Origin: a virus
Lineage: Duplodnaviria; Caudoviricetes
DNA: 48,887 nucleotides
Strand: one strand, 5' to 3'
IMG/VR virus record: IMGVR_UViG_3300021559_000014
Span: 1 to 48,887 of that record
Numbering within the stretch: position 1 is the stretch's first letter; each line of letters opens with the position of its first letter. The translations under genes and the position numbers were made by a program. The notes below the pieces were generated by a model. The model searched no databases and was not told the origin of the DNA. It saw only the letters and a list, made by a program, of their open reading frames with translations. This document shows, piece after piece, positions 18,193-24,842 of this stretch.

Positions 18193-18245
18193 ACTTTGCC
18201 ATTAGCAAAGTATCAAGTCAACCGAAATCTTTGCCTCTAGCAAAG
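18193..18245 (-). promoter_or_regulatory. PL promoter with operators OL1 and OL2
   Basis: Palindromes CTTTGC-N5-GCAAAG at 18194-18210 and 18229-18245; minus-strand TTGACT (18221-18216), 17 bp, CAAAGT. Confidence 0.8.
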
Positions 18246-18256
18246 TTTCTTACAAG

Positions 18257-18634
18257 TTATTGATTACGCTCACGTATTTTTTGAAGGACGGTGGGATCAA
18301 GCGCAGCGGCCTCGGTGAGGAATTGCCGATTTGGCGGCGGTCGATTGAAGTATTCCATTGGAATACCTATGCAATTTGCGATTTTGTGGAGAACTAGACG
18401 ACTAGGATTGTCCCTTTTGCCGCTGATAATTTGGGAAAGATATCCTTCGTTAATGCCTGTTTCGCGAGCCACTTCAGACGGGCGAAAGCCCATGGTCTTT
18501 ATCCAGCCGCCAACAAATAGCGGAGGAAAGGCCTCCTCCAGCTGGTCAGGAAGGGCTTTATTCGGCCCTTTTGGCTTTCCCTTGAACGATCGGCCCATGG
18601 GGCAATGATCGATTTGTCCGTGCTCCATGTCCAT
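18257..18634 (-). CDS. CI-like repressor (XRE HTH, no obvious peptidase domain)
   Basis: PSEVARETGINEGYLSQIISGKRDNPS...KIANCIG; divergent from the cro-like gene; start uncertain (18634, 18628 or 18598). Confidence 0.8.
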   Translation of the reverse strand: MDMEHGQIDHCPMGRSFKGKPKGPNKALPDQLEEAFPPLFVGGWIKTMGFRPSEVARETGINEGYLSQIISGKRDNPSRLVLHKIANCIGIPMEYFNRPPPNRQFLTEAAALDPTVLQKIRERNQ

Positions 18635-18684
18635 TTCCTGCCAGCAAAGAAATGCTTGACACGATACTTTGCTAATGGCAAAGT
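18633..18684 (+). promoter_or_regulatory. PR promoter with operators OR1 and OR2
   Basis: TTGACA at 18656-18661, 17 bp, CAAAGT; operator CTTTGCTAATGGCAAAG at 18667-18683 and a degenerate copy ATTTCCTGCCAGCAAAG at 18633-18649. Confidence 0.8.
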
Positions 18685-18692
18685 CAGCAATC

Positions 18693-18950
18693 ATGGACAC
18701 GGCAACATTCGGCGAACAGGACGGACGGGCAATGCTTGCGGAGTTTATCCGGTCCAGAAAAATAACGCAGGCTCAATTTGCCCGTGAAGTCGGATGCTCG
18801 GAATCGCATCTTTCATTGGTCTTGAAGGGTTTCCGCGGCATTTCCTTCGGGCTCGCCAAGCGCATAAGCAATGCCACTGGCGGGGCGGTCCCCGTCGATA
18901 AACTGCCGCACGCGGTTCTCGAGCTTGTACAGACCGAGGCCGCCGAATGA
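18693..18950 (+). CDS. Cro-like HTH regulator
   Basis: LAEFI....ITQAQFAREVGCSESHLSLV..G.R.IS..LA.RI..ATGGAV. Confidence 0.85.
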   Translation: MDTATFGEQDGRAMLAEFIRSRKITQAQFAREVGCSESHLSLVLKGFRGISFGLAKRISNATGGAVPVDKLPHAVLELVQTEAAE

Positions 18951-18955
18951 CCGCT

Positions 18956-19249
18956 TTAGTGCAGCGGCACTTCGGGTTGCCCTGGCTTGCTGAGGGTGTC
19001 GACGCTTTTCAGGAAAGCGCAATCGCGTTGACTGCACAGCACGATCGAGTTCTTGGGCCGGATGATCGAGACCGCCGGGGCTTTTTCCATTGTGACCACC
19101 CCGTGTTCGGATCGTGTTGGAACCCACCGGAAAAAGAGCATTTGGAAGTTCGGCCCCAGGTTCAAAATGCCCGCAACTCCGTCCGCATAGATCGGGTCGA
19201 TACACGCGAAGTCGGCCAACAGCCGATCGTTTTCGTCTATGCCACTCAT
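18956..19249 (-). CDS. Hypothetical protein oriented against the rightward operon
   Basis: GAGGGG RBS; globular-looking sequence (DPIYADGV...FQMLFFRW); fills the gap between cro and the GapR-like gene. Confidence 0.5.
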   Translation of the reverse strand: MSGIDENDRLLADFACIDPIYADGVAGILNLGPNFQMLFFRWVPTRSEHGVVTMEKAPAVSIIRPKNSIVLCSQRDCAFLKSVDTLSKPGQPEVPLH

Positions 19250-19371
19250 GCCACCCCTCACAACTTGAGTTTGTCGCGCATCCCATTTCCGACGTTAGGT
19301 AGATGGCGGCAGGATTGCGGCAAATTGTGGACGACCTGTGGATATCTAGTTGCGGTTGCAACGGGTGGAGC

Positions 19372-20322
19372 ATGACTGTCGCCGAAAACCTCCGCAAGAT
19401 TTGCGCCGCGGCGCGACCAGCGATCGAGGCTGCGCTTGATGCCGCCGAGGAGCTTTCCGAAATCCGCGAGGCAGCCTCGGAACAAGGTCTCGACTGGTCA
19501 CAGGTCAAAGCGCTGCTCAAGGCACAAATCCAAGACGAGCGCGACGGCGGCGAGCGGGTCAAGAAGCTCGCGGCCAAGGCTGACAACGCCCTGACATACG
19601 CAGCAATGATTAGCCTCAACAATGTGGCGGAAAAACAAAAAACTCCGCCACAATCCAAACCCCAACTCGCCGCGTCCACCAGCAGCCCCCCCACACGCGG
19701 CGACGAGGCTGTGCCGAGAGTCCCCTCCGGCGCAGCCTCACCTATTTCAGAAGATCGCTTCTTCAAGTCGCGGATGAAGGCAGTCCGCACACCGACAGCC
19801 GCAGCCTCACCTATTTCAGAAGCCGCGCCGGCCCTCGGGGTTGTCGGGGGGGACAGAACCGACACGGCTTCCTCGCACTCCGCCGCCGATCGAAAGCAGG
19901 CAACCTCCCTGGCCAATGGCGGCGGCAACTTGGCCGGTACGGAAACGTCCGGCCATTCCTTATCAGAGACCGATGCTGTCGGCACGCCAGCCAGCGGCAT
20001 CGTAGAGCCCGCAGTTACACCGGTCTCTATTCCTTCGGATGAGATCGAGCCTGCTCGTGAGGCAGGCTTGCCTACGGGCTCGCCTGTTCCCAAATCTCGC
20101 GGCGGCGTGGAAAGCAGACACGCGGCAGTGCATGGGGAAAGCCGGAGGACGCTTGAAAGCGCCCGCGAGGGAAGTGCGGCGATAGCTCCGTCAGTAACCC
20201 GTGGTCCGCATCGTGAAGATGCAGCCGGAGTAGCGCCCGGCCCGCGAGAAGCCGACACTGATCCATCACTCGACATCAGAAACCAGCCTTTTTATCGCGG
20301 GGGTGAAACATGGCCGCGATGA
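19372..20322 (+). CDS. GapR/DUF2312-like DNA-binding protein with a long low-complexity tail
   Basis: LRKI...E......EELSEIREAASEQGLDWSQVKALLKAQ.QD...Y spacing parallels GapR; GGAG RBS; tail is disordered-looking. Confidence 0.55.
   Translation: MTVAENLRKICAAARPAIEAALDAAEELSEIREAASEQGLDWSQVKALLKAQIQDERDGGERVKKLAAKADNALTYAAMISLNNVAEKQKTPPQSKPQLAASTSSPPTRGDEAVPRVPSGAASPISEDRFFKSRMKAVRTPTAAASPISEAAPALGVVGGDRTDTASSHSAADRKQATSLANGGGNLAGTETSGHSLSETDAVGTPASGIVEPAVTPVSIPSDEIEPAREAGLPTGSPVPKSRGGVESRHAAVHGESRRTLESAREGSAAIAPSVTRGPHREDAAGVAPGPREADTDPSLDIRNQPFYRGGETWPR
19731..19822 (+). repeat. 23-bp exact direct repeat
   Basis: CGCAGCCTCACCTATTTCAGAAG at 19731-19753 and 19800-19822. Confidence 0.9.
20095..20249 (+). 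ncRNA. Candidate tRNA-shaped structured RNA
   Basis: 8-bp closing stem TCTCGCGG/CCGCGAGA; D-arm-like GCGTG-GAAAGCAGA-CACGC; T-arm-like GCCGG-AGTAGCGC-CCGGC; ~100-nt structured interior. Confidence 0.5.
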
Positions 20323-20359
20323 CCGTTCGTAGTGTGTGTGCGTGTGTAGGGGGGTCGTC

Positions 20360-20614
20360 ATGCGTTCAGTTTACGAAAGGCAAGTTGCTGATCAAAGCGA
20401 GATCGAACGGCATATTCGACAGGGCACTGACAAAATCGTCATTAGAAAGTTTGGCCCTGTAGCTAAGTTCCTGTGGCCACACAAAACTGCGGCGCATGTT
20501 GCTGCCATCGCGAGGACGAACGAGCGAACAGCGGCACGATGGTTGTCAGGAGAATTTCCGCCTCCGTTCAGCGTCATCGAGGCGACAATGCACGAGATTT
20601 TTAGCGATGGCTAA
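20360..20614 (+). CDS. CII-like HTH protein
   Basis: LWPHKTAAHVAAIARTNERTAARWLSGE HTH; located downstream of cro. Confidence 0.6.
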   Translation: MRSVYERQVADQSEIERHIRQGTDKIVIRKFGPVAKFLWPHKTAAHVAAIARTNERTAARWLSGEFPPPFSVIEATMHEIFSDG

Positions 20615-20625
20615 CGGGGAGGAGA

Positions 20626-21090
20626 TTGCGCGTGAAAGAGCCGGTTGATCACATCTTGCGGCCACGTCTGCCGTGGCGTTCGGATGAGGGCGTAATAACC
20701 GAGTGCGGGTACGACGCTTCCAAGGTGAAGGTACTCACGCGAGAAGAGTATTTCGAACGATTGAAGGATATGGGCCGGCAACGAACGGCGATGCTCACTT
20801 GTATGACATGCGCCGACACAGCTCGCAGATGGGGGACATGGGATGATGATCCACGGCTGGCTATGCAGCGGGAGATCGATTGGGAGCGCGGCTCCGCATA
20901 TTGGCGCGCTCGCGATGATCGCGGAAATCGTCTCCGGGATGAACTGATTGCAATCAATGTCCTAATCGAGGCACATCGTGACGAGTTCTCAGAACTCGTG
21001 TCAGCAATTGAACAGCGTCGTGATTGGCTGGAAAAGAAAGCCGCATTGTCTGAACGGCCGAAGCAAACGTTTCGCAGCGGCGACTTGTAG
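20626..21090 (+). CDS. Hypothetical protein, possible Zn binding
   Basis: GGAGGAG RBS with TTG/GTG start; H...TECG...CMTC. Confidence 0.65.
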   Translation: MRVKEPVDHILRPRLPWRSDEGVITECGYDASKVKVLTREEYFERLKDMGRQRTAMLTCMTCADTARRWGTWDDDPRLAMQREIDWERGSAYWRARDDRGNRLRDELIAINVLIEAHRDEFSELVSAIEQRRDWLEKKAALSERPKQTFRSGDL

Positions 21091-21105
21091 AAATAGGAGA
21101 TCGCC

Positions 21106-21339
21106 ATGGAAGTGTCCAAACACGCGAATGATTGGATGCAATACCGTCGCAAGCAGATCGCGGAATTGCGGCCCTACAAGCTGGGCGAAACTTTGGATGG
21201 TGTTAGCATCTCTGCACCTGACAAAGCGGCCGGGTCGCCGAAAGCCGGCGACATGATCGCCCGCAACCCAAAGAACCATGCCGATCAATGGCTCGTTGCA
21301 GCACAATACTTCGCTGATAATTTTGAGCCACTGTCATGA
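21106..21339 (+). CDS. Conserved phage hypothetical protein
   Basis: AGGAG RBS; YRRK..AE.RPY...GDMIARNP.NH.DQWLV...YF..NFE. Confidence 0.75.
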   Translation: MEVSKHANDWMQYRRKQIAELRPYKLGETLDGVSISAPDKAAGSPKAGDMIARNPKNHADQWLVAAQYFADNFEPLS

Positions 21340-21587
21340 GCGAAGTCAGCTACATCGAATACATGCGCCAGAAAACCAGCCATTCAGCAATGCGGATGGT
21401 TGCAGAACTCGGCCCGGATGCTGCAGCGGAGGCTTTTGAGGCATTAGTAGGTGCTTTCGCCATCGCGCTTGCAGCCGTCACCAGCCCAGACAAGGTGACC
21501 GAAGTTATCAATGGCACAATGGCTCAATTCGCGCCGGTTAAGGCCGCCCTCAAGCTGGTGAGCAAAGATGGCGTTCGCATTGCCTAG
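21336..21587 (+). CDS. Hypothetical protein
   Basis: ATGA-coupled 83 aa ORF. Confidence 0.6.
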   Translation: MSEVSYIEYMRQKTSHSAMRMVAELGPDAAAEAFEALVGAFAIALAAVTSPDKVTEVINGTMAQFAPVKAALKLVSKDGVRIA

Positions 21588-21598
21588 TTTAGTTTGAG

Positions 21599-22051
21599 AT
21601 GGGGCCTCTTTGGTATGTAACGAAGGATGGCGACCTGTCGTGTTTGGAACTCTACGAAAGGCACTACTCCTGCTATGACTACCGAGACGGACGCAAACGC
21701 AGCCAATTCGTCGGCCCCGGAGAGCACATCGTGCTCCGCACCGGAGATGCTGACGCCATGTTTGTTTGGCGGAAATTCATCGACGACAGCGGGCAGTCAG
21801 GTGTCAACTGCGCTGTCTTTCGTAACGAAGCCCCGCGCCGCTACAAATCAAGTGAGCTTGTCCGACAGGCTGACGCCGTTGCTGATTTCTGCTGGCCTCG
21901 TGAAAGGCATTACACATACGTCAATCCGAAAGCAGTCAGGAGCACCAATCCGGGCTTCTGCTTTGTGGCCGCTGGATGGCGGCGATGTGGAACAACCAAA
22001 AGCGGATTGTTCATCTTTGAACGTATAGTTCAGTTGCAACCTAACGAGTGA
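21599..22051 (+). CDS. Mom-like/GNAT-fold putative DNA modification protein
   Basis: RHYS...QFVGPG..IVL...FRNE...SSEL...TYV......NPG.CF.AAGW..CG pattern resembles the Mom-related family. Confidence 0.5.
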   Translation: MGPLWYVTKDGDLSCLELYERHYSCYDYRDGRKRSQFVGPGEHIVLRTGDADAMFVWRKFIDDSGQSGVNCAVFRNEAPRRYKSSELVRQADAVADFCWPRERHYTYVNPKAVRSTNPGFCFVAAGWRRCGTTKSGLFIFERIVQLQPNE

Positions 22052-22680
22052 GGCAATCAATGAACGGAAATACCACGACACTTCAACGTGCAATCATCGC
22101 TGCGCAGCGCGTTCCCTGTTTGAAAACGCCAAAGCCGCTGCCGGTTCCGGTGGCTAAACCGGACCCCGCTACCCCTTGGCTAGGGCGCACTTCTGAACAA
22201 ATTTTGGATGAGATGAGGAGTTGCCAGCGGCTTCAAATCTCCCAGGAAGTGGGTCGGAATCTAGTCGAAAGCGTAATTCGCGCAACGGCTCATGCTTATG
22301 GGTTCCGTTCGAGCGAATTGAAAGCAGTGAGCCGTGAGGTCCCGGTGTGCCATGCTCGTCATGTCTCGATGCTGCTATGCAGAATTTTGACGGGCCGATC
22401 CAGCCCCTTCATTGGCCAGATGCACGGGGGGCGTGATCATTCGACGGTTATTCATGGCCTCCACAAGCTCGCGTGGTTGGGCGAACAGCTCCACCAACTC
22501 CACACCCTCGCCGATCCTCCAAAAGAATGGGCGGCCACCGCTGCCCGTCTACACCCCCTTCCACGACTAAGCCGCGACTATGCGCGGCGGCTGCCAAACG
22601 ACGCCCTTGACCCTCCCGGTAGGGTGTCGTCAGAGCCCGCGTCCTGTTCCATCCCTCAGGGCGCGGGCTCGCTTACATGA
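22048..22680 (+). CDS. DnaA C-terminal (domain IV)-like HTH protein
   Basis: R...V.HARHVSMLLCR.LT..S...IG...GGRDHSTVIHG. Confidence 0.8.
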   Translation: MRQSMNGNTTTLQRAIIAAQRVPCLKTPKPLPVPVAKPDPATPWLGRTSEQILDEMRSCQRLQISQEVGRNLVESVIRATAHAYGFRSSELKAVSREVPVCHARHVSMLLCRILTGRSSPFIGQMHGGRDHSTVIHGLHKLAWLGEQLHQLHTLADPPKEWAATAARLHPLPRLSRDYARRLPNDALDPPGRVSSEPASCSIPQGAGSLT

Positions 22681-23009
22681 GTGATCCCAACCAGCGCGAT
22701 TTGTTTGGCTACTCCTTGAAGCAGCAGCCATACAATGGTGCACCGCCCTATCAAACACATAGCGATACATCGCGAGAATCTGCTGCGCATATCAAGTATC
22801 GCGTTGGCAAGCTGCACCGCGAGATTATCGAATATCTGAAAGCCAGGAATGCGACCGACGAGGAAATGCAAGAAGACCTCAGAATGGCCGCCAATACGCA
22901 GCGTCCGCGCCGTCGCGAACTGGAGTTGATGGGCTATGTGGTGGATGGGGGAAAGAGAAGGATGGTTCAATCGGGTCGGATGGCTGTCGTGTGGGAACTG
23001 CGCAGATGA
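22677..23009 (+). CDS. Winged-HTH phage protein
   Basis: TSRE.A...ATDEE...L....NT.RPRR.EL...G.V.D.G.RR...SGR.A.VW. Confidence 0.7.
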   Translation: MSDPNQRDLFGYSLKQQPYNGAPPYQTHSDTSRESAAHIKYRVGKLHREIIEYLKARNATDEEMQEDLRMAANTQRPRRRELELMGYVVDGGKRRMVQSGRMAVVWELRR

Positions 23010-23220
23010 GCGTCGCCATCCTAAAAGGCGATTGCCGCGAGGTACTGCGCACGCTGCCGGATGAATCGGTTCAGTGCATTGTGACATCGCCTCCTTATTG
23101 GGGACTCCGCGATTATGGTGTTTCTGGCCAGATGGGATTGGAGAAATCTCTCGCCGAGCATTGGCCGAGCGGCGGCTACGGGACGATGCGGGCATGTTTG
23201 CACAGGTAGCTGCAGAATGA
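23006..23220 (+). pseudogene. N4/N6 DNA methyltransferase with a large internal deletion
   Basis: N-terminus GDCREVL..LPDESVQC.VTSPPYWGLRDY joined out of frame to a C-terminus-like LAERRLRDDAGMFAQVAAE*; no SAM-binding FxGxG motif. Confidence 0.75.
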
Positions 23221-23387
23221 TCCGCACCTTTCGCTATGTTCCTTGGAGATTGTTGGAAACCTATTTGCAACTCGGTTGGATGGCTGTGGAGTGCCGTCCA
23301 CATCCGCACATGGATCAGTATCGAGCAATCCTGTGCTGGCCATGTGAATGTCCCTGTGTAGAACCCACTTACCCGGAGCGCATATAA
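23217..23387 (+). CDS. Small hypothetical protein
   Basis: MIRTFRYVP...YL.LGW...WPCEC; ATGA overlap. Confidence 0.6.
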   Translation: MIRTFRYVPWRLLETYLQLGWMAVECRPHPHMDQYRAILCWPCECPCVEPTYPERI

Positions 23388-23992
23388 TGCTAATAGGCAC
23401 ATCACCAATCGAACAGCCGAAATGGACCGAAACGCGGGTCGAGCTTCTGACCAAGCTTGTATCGGAGGGCTGTTCGGGGAGCCAGATTGCGGCCGAGCTT
23501 GGCGGCATCACCCGCAATGCAGTCATCGGCAAGATACACAGGCTTGGCTTGTTAGGACCGAAGTCACGGGAACACGCAGAACCAAAACCTAAGCCGTGGG
23601 CAGAAGCAGACGTGCATGAACGCACATGGCAGCGGTGGAAGGCCAAGGAGAAGAACGGTGGCTATCGCCGTGTTGCCAGCGCCCCCGGCCACGGCTTCGC
23701 GCCAGCATCCATCGGCAGAGAAGCCACTGATCTAAAGCAGGAGATCAATAATAATCCGGTCACGCTCCTCGAACTGCAAGTGCACCACTGCCGCTGGCCG
23801 CATAACCGTGACGGCGAGCCGATGATGTATTGCGGAGCCGATAGCGTGCTCGGGTTTCCCTACTGTCCCCGACACTACCACATGGCCTATGTGGCTTCGA
23901 AGTCAGTTAACCGGACTTACTGGAATGACAGTGGCCGCGGTCCTGGCATAGTTCGCCGGTACGTCAAAAATGGCGGGAGGCGGGCGGCGTGA
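23387..23992 (+). CDS. gcrA: GcrA-family cell-cycle regulator homologue
   Basis: WT..RVELL.KL..EG.S.SQIA.ELGG.TRNAVIGK.HRLGL and LLEL....CRWP...CG....G.PYC..H...AY. Confidence 0.9.
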   Translation: MLIGTSPIEQPKWTETRVELLTKLVSEGCSGSQIAAELGGITRNAVIGKIHRLGLLGPKSREHAEPKPKPWAEADVHERTWQRWKAKEKNGGYRRVASAPGHGFAPASIGREATDLKQEINNNPVTLLELQVHHCRWPHNRDGEPMMYCGADSVLGFPYCPRHYHMAYVASKSVNRTYWNDSGRGPGIVRRYVKNGGRRAA

Positions 23993-24681
23993 ACCGCATC
24001 GAGCAACTAGCGGAAGGCGTAACGCTGTATCTCGGCGACTGCCGGGGGATATTGCCGTCGCTACCGAGGGTCGATGCGGTGGTGACTGACCCGCCATATG
24101 GGATTGGCGAGAGTAACAAAAACTTTGCATCGCGCGGCAAACTTGCGTCGGCCGATAAGTACGAGCAGTCGAATTGGGACGACAGACCATGCGACCCCAG
24201 TGTGATTACGTGGCTGCTCAATAATACGGATGAGCAAATCATTTTCGGAGGCAACTATTTCCATCTGCCGCCGACTAGCTGCATCCTTGTGTGGGATAAG
24301 ATGGGGCCAGCAAACGATTTTGCGGATTGCGAGCTGGCATGGACGAATTTGCCGAAAGCTGTACGGCGCATACGGTTTCTTTGGAACGGCTGCATGCGGA
24401 TGGAGAGGGACATTGAGCGCGAACATCCAACGCAAAAACCGATAGAGGTTATGCGCTGGTGTCTCGGTTTTGTCCCCAACAGTCGCACCATCCTCGACCC
24501 CTTCATGGGCTCCGGCACCACTGGCGTTGCCGCCGTCAAGCTCGGCCGCAAGTTCATCGGCATTGAGATTGAGCCCAAATACTTTGACATCGCTTGCCGC
24601 CGCATTGGCGAGGCGCTGAAGCAGCCCGACATGTTTATCGAGCAGCTAAAACCTGCAAAACAGGAGACGCTGTTCGGATGA
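23989..24681 (+). CDS. Beta-class N6-adenine/N4-cytosine DNA methyltransferase
   Basis: VTDPPYG, HPTQKP, ILDPFMGSGTTG. Confidence 0.9.
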   Translation: MNRIEQLAEGVTLYLGDCRGILPSLPRVDAVVTDPPYGIGESNKNFASRGKLASADKYEQSNWDDRPCDPSVITWLLNNTDEQIIFGGNYFHLPPTSCILVWDKMGPANDFADCELAWTNLPKAVRRIRFLWNGCMRMERDIEREHPTQKPIEVMRWCLGFVPNSRTILDPFMGSGTTGVAAVKLGRKFIGIEIEPKYFDIACRRIGEALKQPDMFIEQLKPAKQETLFG

Positions 24682-24842
24682 ACTTCCTGCGCCTCCAGCT
24701 CGACAATGCAATTGCCAACGGTCGCATAGCCATGCGTATCAAGCGAGACAAGCGCGACTGGCTCAAGCAGGCGATAGAGAAGGGGCGGTGCGAGTTGCGG
24801 AAGGCGTGTGCGGAATTCATCCGTAAAAGGCGCGCGGCGTGA
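24678..24842 (+). CDS. Small basic protein
   Basis: Overlap-coupled at both ends; ends RRAA. Confidence 0.5.
   Translation: MNFLRLQLDNAIANGRIAMRIKRDKRDWLKQAIEKGRCELRKACAEFIRKRRAA

Noticed and set aside
18947-19375. 142-aa plus-strand ORF after cro
   Set aside because: Reads like a shadow of the more protein-like minus-strand ORF 18956-19249. Its ATGA overlaps at both ends mean it cannot be fully excluded.
19731-19822. 23-bp repeat pair as a mini CRISPR array
   Set aside because: Only two copies, in frame within an ORF, and no cas genes; the PD-(D/E)XK nuclease sits in a normal recombination module
20095-20249. Canonical or intron-containing tRNA gene
   Set aside because: No TTCRA T-loop, no definable anticodon loop, no CCA; kept only as a tRNA-like candidate
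18813-20276. 487-aa minus-strand ORF
   Set aside because: Antisense to cro and the GapR-like gene, low-complexity Ala/Ser/Arg content, no motifs; best explained by GC-rich, self-complementary sequence
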